Shown: one piece after another, positions 13,366 to 26,499 of the stretch
Layout of the letters: every line of letters begins with the position of its first letter
Numbering within the stretch: the first letter of the stretch is position 1
Assembly (NCBI GenBank): GCA_050084985.1
Contig: JBITNC010000001.1
Location: forward strand, 140,740,001 to 140,804,000
From: Nageia nagi
Lineage: Eukaryota > Plantae > Pinophyta
DNA: 64,000 nucleotides
Reading direction: 5' to 3'
Made by a program: the position numbers and the translations under genes
The notes under the pieces: model-generated
What the model was told of the DNA's origin: nothing
Databases searched by the model: none
The model's input: only the letters and a program-made list of their open reading frames with translations

Positions 13366-15509
13366 GCAAATATTAATCTTTTTCTTCCATACATTTTTGC
13401 TTTTCCGATCATACTCTTAATCTTTCCAACTAAAGGTTTGAGAAAATGCAGCAATGGAGGTACATAAATTAGCAAGGAGTTCTGTTGAAATGGAAACACA
13501 ACAACTTTATTTTGTATATCTAGGACGGTTGTGTCCCAATTTAGTGCTTGGAGAACTACATTAGGCATTACACAGTTTAGGGTTGCTTGTAAGGTTTGAA
13601 TTTGGGCTTTAGGATTGTAAGGGCCTCAATTTAGCACTCAGAGAACTAGTAAACTACTAACTTTTGTTTGGATGGGTATGCTCAATATGACTTTTCTCCC
13701 TTTCATTTAATTTTCAATCGGCTATATCTCTGTATAATTGAACACTGAATTCAGCCAACAATACAGCACATAAATGAAATTACATGGTTCATGCGCCTGC
13801 TTTAGCTAGAAACCGTATTATGTTTGCAATAGCTCTACCACCCCTTCCATTGACAGGAGCTGCAATTTGTTGTATGGCTGGAACTGTGCCTATGACTTAA
13901 GTAGGCACTCTGAAATGTTTCATTGTTGGGGGAAAGTTGAAAACTCCTTTCCTATGAGATGTCCGCTGTGATTACTCACTCTCAAAACAATGCATGACTT
14001 CCCATTACATTCATTGTCTCCTCATTTACACCTCTTTGGTGTGTTTATAGGTTATACTTAGCAGTTGTGTCTCTGCATTCTGCTGAAAAAGAATTTAAAA
14101 CATTTACTAGCATATTTTTATTATTCGTTTAAGAATGATCAACAAACAGTGACCTTCAATGTTATCATCATCCATATTTATATTATCCAAATGCACTTAA
14201 AAAGCTGCATTACTAAGTTATTACTATATGACTTTGATGATAAAAGTCTTCAAGCCTTTGTTTGTTGCTTGATTTATGTTTTCCCTTTTGAAATGGTTAT
14301 GATTAGAAATACTCATTTAAGAACATGGCTTTCCAAAACTGTTGACATCTAAGTTTGATAGGCCTCCAATAACACTCAAAGGGCAATGACTTCTTCTTAA
14401 GAAACTTCAGAATCTTCAGCTAGAATAATTGGACTCTATAGACTTAAAAGAAAGATTATCCTTACAAAATCCTCATTACACACATGACTCACATCATCAA
14501 GATAATGCATTTTACCGTCATTGTGGACACTAACATGGCCCCCCATCATCAAGGATAGAAGGTCCAAAAAGCTTACCATGATCTTCTTAATGGTGCTTCC
14601 AAAACTTTGAAAAGTTGACTTAACATCTTGAAAACTAGCCTTATTGTCCTCAAAAAATGTTTCTGGTTTTACTAGAAATTGAATACATACACAGGCCTTC
14701 AAATATAAGAGCATATCTAAAAATCAAACATACATCATGACCATCTCGAGACTCTATAAACATACATGCATCAGTCAAACCTCTTGATGTCTCAATAAGT
14801 TCATAAAATAGACGATCATGATCAACAATTTGATACTCACTCATGTGGTGTTTATTGTAGCCTTGTAACATTAAAAAGGCAGTTATTTTCTCGACCCAGA
14901 AATTGGTTTTTGATGTGTTAAGGGTCAGTAGTCAATGTTTGCAAGTGAAAGGAAGAAGAAAATTCATCCTTAGGCTTAGAGGTTCCAAAGTGTGCTTAAA
15001 AATATATTTAAGACATGGGTATATGATAATATAAGGTCCCAGAAATAGGAAAAGAAAAAGTGTCTTTTTCAATGTGGAAGATTGAAAGACACTCAAGGGG
15101 TAAAGCAATACAAGTGTCATCTTCTCATAAAGCAAGAAAATTACTCAGATATTTGGAGAAGATTCAAAGAAAAAGGATTTCAGATTTTTCAATATGGATA
15201 ATAGTAATTATGAAGTGTTTTTTGGATTTACTTTTGTAATGGGTATCTTCAAGTTAAATTTCCAGTGCAAAATGCGGGTGAGATGTCTTCAAGTTTCTAT
15301 GTTTGAGATCTGATTATTATTTTCAAATCTCGGTGGAATTTGTGGTGAAGATTGTTGCATATAGTATCTTGGTTGTTGCTTCTCTAGCTAAAAGAGAAAT
15401 TTGGATTAGTTATACTTTGCAATCAAATATTTTGTCAGAGGATTAAAATCGCTAAGCATAATTTTTTAATATCATTTTCGTCATCTAGATAGGGAAAACA
15501 ATTTATTAG

Positions 15510-15513
<4 letters not shown>

Positions 15514-15556
<43 letters not shown>
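15514..15556. repeat. (TA)n microsatellite at insertion site of Copia C
   Basis: ~21 TA units directly abutting the LTR. Confidence 0.95.
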
Positions 15557-15558
<2 letters not shown>

Positions 15559-18500
15559 AAAATTGCAAATTGATTGTTCTCATTACATTAAACAAATGTT
15601 TACATCAAGTATATATAGTTTTGTGATCATAACTGAAATACCAAAAGACTACAAATCTACTGTTTGAGAATGGTATTCTCATGTACAAATACAACCAAAT
15701 AAAGATCAACTAAATTACTACAAAATAGTCATGAAATCCTTCTAGAATACACACCAAGCCACTACAATATAATCACACATGTTCTAGACTATCATAACTG
15801 CAATCCACATGAAGTATGCTGCTCACAAATAAAAAAAAAACATGAATTAAATGGACAAACTGGAAAACTGCCAAAAATACTTACGAAATGTGCATGCTAT
15901 GAAGAAATGCCCCCACGTTTTGGAAGTGAAATGCATTGGGTACAAAATGCACATGTGTTTCCTGATGAAATGCCCTAGGTCTTCGCATTTTTTTAGTAAC
16001 TGGACAAAATATATAAAAAACAAGTTGAATTGCTTGGTCACTTAGTTCAATTCTCAACATTCTCCCCTTTGATGTTGAGTGGACTTACTAGAGAGTTCCT
16101 CAACTTCAAAAATTGAGCTTTGATAATCCCTTTTGTGAAGACATCAACAATGTTATCTTGGGTGTTACAATGTCTTAGCTCAATTCTATTTTTTTCCACC
16201 ATGTCATAAATGAAGTGGTACTTCATATCCAAATGTTTGGACTTCCTGTGGTAAATTGGGTTCTTTGCCAACTAAATGGCACTTATGTTGTCACCAAAAA
16301 AGATAGTTGGACCATATTGTTTCTTACCAATTTCTTCAAATACTTTTCTAAACCACAATGCTTGAGCACTAGCACTTGTGATTGCAATATACTAAGCTTC
16401 TGTAGAAGATAGAGTAATTGTACTTTGTTTTCATGAACTCCATGTAATCATTCCAAGCCCAAGACTAAAGCAATCCCTTGATGTACACTTTCTATCATCT
16501 AAATTACTTCCCCAATCCGAATCACTAAAGCCAACTAGTTTCACATCATCTTTTTTGAAATAATGAATACCAAAATCAGTTGTACCTTTCACATACCTCA
16601 GAATTCTTTTAGCTGCTTTCAAGTGGATTTCAGAAGGGTCACTCATATATCTTGATACCAGTGAAACAAAATGTGCAATATCTGGTCTAGAATTTGTGAG
16701 AAACATCAAGCTCCCAACAATCCTTCTATAAGTGGTCATATCAACTTTGTCAATCCCATCATCCTTACACAATAACTCACCATGAGCTATTGGTGTTGGA
16801 ACTAGTTTACTATTCTCCATGCCAAATTTCTTCTACATATCATTAGCATATTTAATTTGAAAAATAAAGATCTCACCTTCTCTTTGATACACCTCCATAC
16901 CAAGGAAATACTGCGTCAAACCTAGATCTTTCATTTCAAACTCTTGCATAATTGCATTTTTGAAATCATCATTTATCTTTGAACAACTATCCATGTAAAT
17001 GAAATCATCAACATATAAACAAACAAGAAGAATTTCATTAACTTCTTTCATGAGATATAGGGTAGGTTCACTCTTGCTTCTTGTGAAGCCATGTTGATGG
17101 AAGTATCCATCAATCCTTGAATACCAAGCTCTTGGAGCTTGCTTGAGGCCATACAAGGTCTTCTTCAATCTATACACAAAATCTTCTTTTCCTTTTATTT
17201 CAAAACCTTAGAGGTTGTTGCACATAAAGTTCTTCGTCCAAATAGCCATTCAAGAATGCACTTTTAAAATCCATATGATGTATCTTCCAACCTTTATGGG
17301 TAGCTAAAGAAAGTACCAACCTTATTGTTTCTTGTCTTGCCATCGATGCAAAAGTTTCCTCATAATCAATGGCATACATTTGTGTGAATCCTTTTGCCAC
17401 AAGCCTTGCCTTGTGCTTCTCAATTTTCCCATCACTGCTATACTTGGTCTTGTAGACCCATTTAGAATCCACACACTTTTTGCTTTTTGGAAGCTCTACA
17501 AGCTCCCAAGTATCATTCCTTTTTATGGAATTGATTTCCTCTTCCATTGCTTTCATTCACAAATCATTAGTACATGCTTGTTCATAACTAGATGGTTCTA
17601 ATTCAACACTAGTCATCAAAGCATAGTTAACAACATCACTTCTAGGTTCACCATTATCATCATCACCCTACATTCTCAAATTTTCAAGTCTTGTCACAAC
17701 TTGATCTATCTCTTGTGCTTGGCTTCTTGTAAGTCTTCTTTGAAATTTTGTGTCTAACAATTGATAAGATGGATGGCTTGAAAGTGTTCTCTTACCTTTC
17801 TTTGTCTTCACACTATTTGGAGAATCATCATCACTCAATGAAGGGCTTGAAGAAGAACTTGTAGATGAGCTCTTTGTTGGACTTGGAATGGAAATTTGCT
17901 TGCTGGCTTGAACATTGGACTGCACATTTGAGGGGCTTTTACCATTGGATTCATCATCAATATGGAGTTTTTGATGACCATACATTCCCCCTTCCCCCTT
18001 CATCAAAAATTACATCTTTAGAAACAATAATCTGCGAGTTTTTGGATTATAAAGCCTATAGGCTTTGGTATTCTCATAATACCTAGTAAAAATGCATGCC
18101 TCACTTTTTGGATCAAGCTTTCTTCTTTGTTCATCAGGTATATGTGCATAAGCTAAGCAACCAAAAAATTTGAAATGATTTAAATTTGGTTTCTTTTCAT
18201 ACCATGCTCACATGGAGTGATGTCTTCTAAGATGCTAGTAGGACTACTATTCAAGATGTAGACTGCTGTCCTAACCGCATCAGCCCACTATATATTGCTC
18301 AATCTCTTTGTTTGTAGCATGCTCCTTGCCATCTCAACAACTATTCTATTCTTCCTTTCGGCCACTCCATTTTGTTTTGGAGTGTAGGCAATTGTGAGTT
18401 GCCTTTTAATTTGACAATCTTTACAAAATTGGAGAAATTCATTTGAACAAAATTCTCCACCTCTATCAGTCTTTAAACATATTACATAGCATCCACTTTG

Positions 18501-19314
18501 GTTTTCAACATGATTTTTGAAATCTTTAAAACAATCAAATGCCTCATCTTTGGTTTTCAACAAATAGACCCAACACATTCTTGAAAAATCATTAATAAAA
18601 TTATGAAAGTATGAATTCTTACCCAAACTTTTAGTTTGCATTGGCTCACAAATGTCAAAATGCACCAATTGAAGTGCATAAGAGGCTCGCCATGCTTTCC
18701 TTTTAGGAAAACGCATCCTTGAGTGCCTAAACAAAGCACATCCTTCACACACATCTTTGTGATCCTTAACCTTAGGTAACCCATATACCATTTCTTGAGA
18801 TGTCAACAATCTCAAACTAGTGAAGTTCAAATGACCATACTTAAAATGCCATAGCCACCTTTTGTTCTCAATGGAAACATTTGCAAGTTGGAATCGCTGC
18901 CCTCCAAAGTTTAAAGGAAACAATATATTTTTACTCATAGGGACTGTTGTGACCAGCCTATTATCATGATTTTTATCAAAGATTACACACTTACTATCTT
19001 CAAAAACTAACTTGTAGTTTTTCTCCATTACTTAGTTTACACTCAACAAATTATGTTTCAAATTTGGAGTATAGTAAATATCATTTACCTTCTTTTGGCT
19101 TTCATTGGTGTTCACCTCCATGGCTTCTATGCCTTCAACTTCCAATGCTTTGTTATCTTCAAGCTTGATCTTGGACTTGTAGGAGTTGTCCATTGTAGCA
19201 AACAACTCCCCTTGTCGGTCATGTGAAGAATCCACGTCTTTTGTAAATTCTGATCAAATTTGCTATATATCAAGAACAAATTTGAGGATCCTTCTTCTTC
19301 TCCATACTGTGCAT

Positions 19315-20918
19315 GTAAGTAGTCAAGTTCTAATGAAATTCCACATTAAAAAATTCAGAATAAAATTCGATATATTAAAAATGTAGATATATGATATAAT
19401 ATAATTAAAATTTTAAAATTAAATATAATATAAAATTATTTTAAATAAATAAATAAATTAAATTCAAAATATTTTTAAAATATAAGAACAATTTATATAA
19501 TAACATTTAAATTAATAAATTTTAAATGAAAAGTGACAAATTTGAATGTATAAATTTTAAACTAAAAATTAAAGGTTGTGTATGCAGTGCAAAATGTTTG
19601 CGACTTCATGGAGTCCTCCACAAAGCGCATCCACCAAGGCAAGTGCATCCGAACACATTCGCAATCAATTGACAATCACGAAGACGCAAAACCCTTTCCA
19701 AATGTATGTCAAGTGTGGCAGCCTTGTAATGTTTTTGACAGAATGATTGAGATAAATATAGATTTGATTGTAGCTTAAAATGTATGCACTAGCCAAGTTA
19801 GGGTTTACCGTGCATTTTGAGTTTTTTTTTAATCATTTTTCATAGTGTTCCATGGGGACTCGTTTCCCATCTTGGAGGAGTTGTTTCCGCATTTTGGGAA
19901 CTTGGAAACACCTAGGGAAACGTAAAGGGAACAACTGGGTGACGTCAAGGTCAGGGAAATCGTCTCTCAATTCGGGAACGACCAGGGGACGTTCGCCATT
20001 CCCCAACCGTTCTCGGGGATGTACATCGTTCCCCAACCGTTCCCGGGGATGTTCAGTGTTTCCCAACCGTTCCTGGGGATGTCCAGTGTTCCCTCCATGA
20101 TTGGGCGTACGTAACAGGGAAAAAAGTAAAAAAAATAATATTTAACTAAAAAAAGACACTTAAAGTGCCTTGTGATGGGACCCACCCATTTTTGCACCCC
20201 TCTAACCCTAAAAAGGTCTTACAAACTCCATCTAAAAGTGATTTTGTAATCACTTTTAATTGTATGCAGCTAGAGAGAAAAAGAACAATAGTTAGTAGAA
20301 AAAAGATTACAGTAGAAGAAAAAGATAGCAGTGAGGAGAAAGAGACAACAGTTATTCAGATACTTATTTGATATTTCAGTATTTCATTATTTGACATACT
20401 CATGTCGATGTCCACTCTATGTATTGGATTCAATCTTTTAGACCATGACATTATGATTCAGACTAATTATGAGAATGACATTATGATTGTGTTTTCAGAT
20501 TTACTTTTTTTTATGATTATGTTTTGAATTTGAATTTCTAATTTCATTTCCATGTTTTCAATTTGTATACATGATTAAATTTGATAATATGATTATTCAT
20601 CATAATAATAATGAATTGGAAATGATAAAATCTTAAAAATCTGAAAATTTTGATAATTTTTACTAGTATGATATTTGTCGATCCCTAGCTGTTCCTTGAT
20701 GTTTGTTAAAAATGATCCTCTATGTTCCCTCGTTCCCAGGATGTTTGGAACACTAGTTTTTCATCATATTTTGTAGCTTAAAATGTCTGCGCTAGCCAAG
20801 TTAGGGTTTACCTTCGTTGCGCGAATTTACTCTAAGTTCGACGAATTTATTTGCCTAGGTTTCAAGTTCAACGAATTTCAAATTTCAAGTAAAAAATTCG
20901 GCAAACTTGACTACCTAG
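19315..20918. mobile_element. Non-autonomous hAT element (MITE 1) inserted in Copia C gag
   Basis: TIRs GTAAGTAGTCAAGTT / AACTTGACTACCTAG; 8-bp TSD CTGTGCAT (19307-14) / CTGTGCAC (20919-26). Confidence 0.85.
19843..20756 (+). mobile_element. hAT MITE 2 nested in MITE 1
   Basis: TIRs TAGTGTTCCA / TGGAACACTA; TSD TTTTTCA(T) on both sides; subterminal 30-bp tandem repeats TTCCCCAACCGTTCCCGGGGATGT.. at ~19999-20095. Confidence 0.85.
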
Positions 20919-23517
20919 CTGTGCACTACTCCTTGCTTTTTGGGATGCCTTCAATCTACGTTCTCTTTCATAATGACCAAACTTATTACGATAGTAACAT
21001 TGCTTGTTTTGTTTGTCACCTCTTCCTCTTCCTTTTCCTTGGGAAACACCTCTTCTTCCTCTACCTCTTCCTCTTGACGGTGATTGACCTCTTCTTTGCG
21101 CTTGGCCTCTTCCATGCCCACTTTCACTAGCTTCAACTTCCTTGGATGCAAAAGCTTTTTCTTCAACACCCTAACATTTGGAGATGTAGATTCATTTAGC
21201 CTCTCTTCATGAGACATAAGTGAACCAATTAATTGATCATAATCAAGAGTGGAAAGGTCTTTGCTCTCTTCAAGTATGATGGCCACATGGTTGCATTTTG
21301 GAAGAAGTGTTCTCAACACTTTCTTTATAACAACTTCATTTTTTATGTCTTCACCAAGAGTCTTCATTTTGTTCACTCAAGCCTTAACTCTTACACAATT
21401 TTCATCAACATTTTCTCCTTTTTGCATCTTTAGGTTTTCAAACTCTCTTTTAAGAGTTTAAAGCTTGACTTGTTCACACTCTTAATATCCATCCTTCAAC
21501 ACTTTCCAAGCTTCACTTGCTATAGTATATGAAGCTATTCTTGGAAAACTGTTGTTGTCCAAGGCTGATTGAAGGTGATAGAGTGCATAACTATTCTTCT
21601 TTTGAGGCTTCTTTTCTTGTTTTCTTGTCAATTCCTATGAGAGCATTCCAATTGGTTGGTTCTTTGTAACCTTCTTCTACAATGTCCCAAATTCCCTTGC
21701 TTATGAGTAGAGTCTTCATTGTTATACTCCAATACTCATAGTCTTCACCATTGAATTTTGGAATTGGCAATGAGTTTTGTTGGCAACCATTACACTTTGC
21801 ACAACAAGAAGTTTTGGATCACATTTTTGCATGAACTTGGTAAATCCTTACAAAAACACCCACAAGCTTTCTCTAACCCAAAGACCACACTAGCTCTGAT
21901 ACCACAATGAGAATTGCAAACTGATTGTTCTCATTACATTAAACAAATGAAGATTACATCGAGTATATATAGTTGTGATTAGAACCAAAATACAAAAGAC
22001 TACAAATCTATTGTTTGAAAATGGCTCATGTATAAATACAACCAAATAAAGATAAACTAAATTACTACAAAACAATCATGAAATCCTTGTAGAATCCACA
22101 CCAAACCACTATAGTACGATCACACATGTTCTAGACTATCATAATTGCAATCCACACGAAGTATGTTGCTCACAAATCAAGAAAAATGTGAAGAAAACAG
22201 ATAAATTGGGAAACTAGCAAAACTATTGATGAAACGCGTTTGCTCTGAAGAAATGCCCCCACGTTCTGGAAGTGAAACGCATTAGGTATAAAACGTGCCT
22301 ACGTTTCTTGATGAAACAGCTTGGGTCTTTGCTTTTTGTCAGAAACTAGATAGAATGTTAAAAAAAGTTGAATTACCTGGTCAACTCAACTCAATTCTCA
22401 ACATTTATTGAACATATTTTGTTATATGGCATGGTTCCTTGAGCATCCAACTTGAGAAAAGTCCTAGGTTGACAACCCTAGGTTGAAATGTGCTTGGGAA
22501 ATGGAGAAGAACAATAAGTAGTATTGTTATGGAAAGGAATGTATTGTGTTAGTAACACAAGAAAGTGCCCTTTAGTTGGTGTGCCAAGTATTAGTTTTCC
22601 TACAATATTAGCAATAACATAATGCATCTATGGATTGCATAGTTTTGTGTTCTGATTCACTATGCATGAGATGGTATAGATGTAATGGTTGAATAAAATC
22701 TAGGACATGCACTTAGAACAATAGTTGCATATATGCAATGTTCTAGTAGTTGTAATGTTGTTGGAATAAAACATGTCGAGTAGTGGTGAAATCCAACTAA
22801 AGGTGCTAGGGATTAGCCACATGCCCTTGCTGGCATGAATTCCAAAATTGATGTATTATTGTCATTGATTGTTTGTTTAGTCTTATGTCTGTTAATGGGA
22901 ATCCTCTTACACCCACTCTATTATGACATAAGGGTGGAGCCATATGTGAACCATTGGATATCAATGGGAAGGAACACAAATAGTGTTGACCTTTTAAGTG
23001 AGCTCTCCTTAAAAGGGTTAGAATAGCCATAATCCTTTTTCTAATAGGGTCTTTTGGTGTACATGCTTGATAAAAGGTTGCCTTTCCCTTAGATTTGCAT
23101 TAAGGTGTTGATAAAGCATGTTATGTGCTTCTTTATGTCTATATTTAGGTGTTGCTTAAGCATGCTAACTTCTTATAACATGATTTTTTTTTAGTTTATT
23201 ATGTTGTTATGTTGAACCCTAGTCTTGTAACATGTATAATATACCTTATGATTAACATAATGCTCTACCTTATAGGAATATCAATCTTGAAGCCCCTCAA
23301 AAAACAAATGGGATAATCTTTAGTATTTATGTCATCTTGAATAATCCTATGAGAGCTCAAAAGACTCGCTGCCTCCCACATGAAAGGAATTTCATCACTT
23401 CTCACATTATTGGTCTCAAAGTTTTTAACATATCAATTGAAGGAGCCACCACTTTGAGGAACAACCACTCCTAACTATAATGAGTACCATCATCCTTACT
23501 CTTGAAAGGATTTAAAA

Positions 23518-25769
23518 CTAGTGCTTGGTACGAGAAATGATTAAATCCTCAAATAAGTCAAGATATACCAAGATTCCTCACAGTTGGGGAACGGGGATAC
23601 AAGGGAACGTGTATCCAGGAATGGGGGAATGTAGGGGGTCATATTTGAAGAATGTTGGGAAACGACCAAGGAACAACAATTATAATACTAGTAAAAATTA
23701 TTGGAATTTTTCAGGGTTTTTAGATTTTATTGTTTCTAATTCATTATTATTATTATGGTATTTTATATTATCAATTTAATTATGTATACAAATTGAAAAC
23801 TTGGAATTGAAATTAGAAATTTAAAACATAATCATAAATCTGATAACATAATATGAGTCATAATGTCATTAGGTTTGAATCAAATACGTAGAGTGGACAT
23901 TGACATGAATATGTCAATAGTGAAATACGTATAACAAAATGAAAATGCCAAAACAACAACTATGACTCTATAGGCTCATTTGTTAATGGTGGTGTATCCT
24001 CCTAATCTATTGAGCTATATGATGCGCTACCCTTCTCATCAAGCCGAAGAGTATGCAATGAATCCAAACATCACCTCATCTACATCATCATCATTAGCCT
24101 AAGCTGGCCTACCTCCTCTGGATCAACATCCCATTGTGCAATTGGACTAGCCCTATACTTGGGCATAACTCTCTCACGAAGACGAAGAGAGCTATGCACT
24201 ACAACTAGCTTCTTTGCTCTGTGAGAAGAAAGTTTGTTCCTCCTCAGACTATGGATGAAGCCATAGGTAGACCAATTTTTGTTTGTAGCAGATGAATTAC
24301 CAACGTACAAACAATCATTCAAATTAGATTATGTGAGAAATAGATATTTAAGATTTCAAACAATCATTCAAATTTCAAATTGACAAATAGTCAATACTTA
24401 ATGGCATGCCAAAGGCATCTACTAACTTGAGAAAGTATGAAGTCTAGTCTCTCCAAGTAGTGCATATGAAGGCTCAACCAACCTTACTTTCTCATTTGCA
24501 TTCTTGAAGTAAGGTGAGCGTGCAAGATGAAAAGGCAAGTCATGTGCATAAAAAATATTGACACTACATCATCAGCTCTCTCTTTTTGTTGCAAGTTTAA
24601 AGCTTCAACTATGTTTTCTCTTTTTTTGGAGGGGAATGTAGGAATTGGCAAACTAGAACAGATTTGAGTTTCATTTTCTTTAACTGATGATGAGAAGGAT
24701 CCATGGGAAGCTTAGCTAGTTCTAGGAATGGGCAGCCCTAGGTCTCTAAGGCTAGCCTCTTGCACAAGCATATTGGCTTTTGCAAATTGAAATTTATTTA
24801 TATTTTTAGAATTGCTCACCCTTGTCCCTGGTTTTTTATTAAGATGTGAATCAACCCTAGTATAACTCCCTTTAAATTTAGTGGAACAAATGTGACATTT
24901 CCAAGTGCTTGCCCCCCACAATAATTTTTTTCCCAAGATCCATGTTTGTGACAAATTGTAACAAGGTTTTTTAGAATTAAATGGCCCTTCAGCAAAACGT
25001 TCTAACAGTATGGATGGACAATCATAAACTGAGGTTTTTCCTTGCACATTTTAACCCCCATTTTTTATTCTAACTCATAGCTTTGATTTTCATTCTCAAT
25101 ATCACTCATCTTGGATTTTTTTTAAAGAAACAAGTAAACTAAACAAGTAGTGAATCAAAAAAAGCTTGAGTTGTGCTTATGTTTCTTCTCCTCGTTGGCT
25201 ATTGCCTGCTACATTGCTTTCTTTTTCCTCCTTCTTGCTCTCTTTTTTCTCACTACTGTCTTTTTTTTTCTACTACTGTCTTTTTTTTTCTACTACTGTC
25301 TTTTTTCTCCCAACTGCTGTTGTTTTCCTCTCACAACTGCACACAATGAAAAATGATTATATTTTATGGGTGAAGTTTATAACATGTTTTTAAAGCTAGT
25401 TTATAATAGGGGGGTTGGGAACATTGGTGGGTCCCACCACCATGCTTTTCATGTATTTTTTTAAAAGTTAGATGCACTTTTATTTTATTTATTTATTTGT
25501 AAGTTAGACACCAAATTTCGCTACGAACACTTGGTCATCCTTGAGAACGATCAAGGAAAGACTAGGCATTCCTTGGTCGTTCTTGAGGAAGGCCAGACAT
25601 TCCTTGGACGTACCCCAAACAAGGAATTGGGTGGGAACAGTTCCCCATCCCTAGGAGACATGCACGAGAATGCATCCCAACCGTTCCCCAAAAAGGGAAT
25701 GGTTGGGAGACGTTCTCCCATACATTTACGAGTTCCCAAAACGGGGGAATGTATCCCCATGGAACATTG
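23518..25769 (-). mobile_element. Internally deleted hAT transposon (same family as MITE 2)
   Basis: Right end ATGGAACATTG; BED-finger relic WKCHICSTKFKGSYTRVDSHL (24712-25047) and hATC dimerisation relic SSATNKNWSTYGFIHSLRRNKL..AKKLVVVHSSLRL (24080-24322); both ends are reverse-complement homologues of MITE 2 ends. Confidence 0.85.
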
Positions 25770-26499
25770 ATATAATATTATTCTAATAAAAAATTTCTTA
25801 TTGAGCATACTATGGCAAAATTGTTGATAATGGACAACCTTATTGCATTGATAGATCATAGGATTAGAGAAGAGGGGACGATTATATTTGATCCATTGGA
25901 GGAGATTGATAACAAGGAAAACAAATGGTGGTACATCTTTATTAGATCTACATGTAATAGTTGTTTGAGCATGCTAACTCTTATATAATAGTTTTTTTGT
26001 GTGTTTTTGGGTTAAAAATAGTATTGTAACAACACATCAACATGTTACTTAAGGTTACAAGTCAACCTATTCTACTAACGATATAGGACCTTCCATTATT
26101 TTTCACCACCTATATTGTATTAAAATAATGTTTAAATCACAAAGTCAAAGTGAAATCAGGTAGTTTAAATACAAAGGACACCTCCCTTATATATTAGATA
26201 TGGTAGTTATTACTTTCAATTTCATTGTAGATTGTTGGTAAAATAATGTTCTGATTTCATCTATATATATATGTGTGTTTTCCTTGCTAAGAAATACATA
26301 GACAGACTGATCATTTTGATCATATTCTCTGTCTACTGTGTCTGAACTTCTGCTATTTTGATTTTTATACATGGAATCAGAGCATGTTGTGACTGTGGAC
26401 ACGTTGACTATGGATGTGTTTATGATGGACACATGTTGCCTAGATTTTGTCTGGAGCTGCTGCCTACTTCTGTCCATGCTGGTTAAGCACTTGCAGGTT

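Larger units (their letters stand above)
15554..22403 (-). mobile_element. Full-length degenerate Ty1/Copia element C with two LTRs
   Basis: LTRs 15554-16059 and ~21905-22403 (both end TCAATTCTCAACA); PBS GCTCTGATACCA 21893-21904; PPT TTCTCCCCTT from 16060; minus ORF pieces for gag (20951-21376), integrase (18288-19028), RT (16833-17556, YVDD) and RNase H (16047-16820). Confidence 0.95.

Noticed and set aside
14436-14871. Minus-strand ORFs near the start of intron 1
   Set aside because: Short, overlapping, no identifiable domain; probably TE debris.
19999-20095. 30-bp repeats resembling a CRISPR array or repeat-protein ORFs (19833-20197)
   Set aside because: Head-to-tail with no unique spacers, inside a TIR/TSD-bounded hAT MITE in a eukaryotic context.
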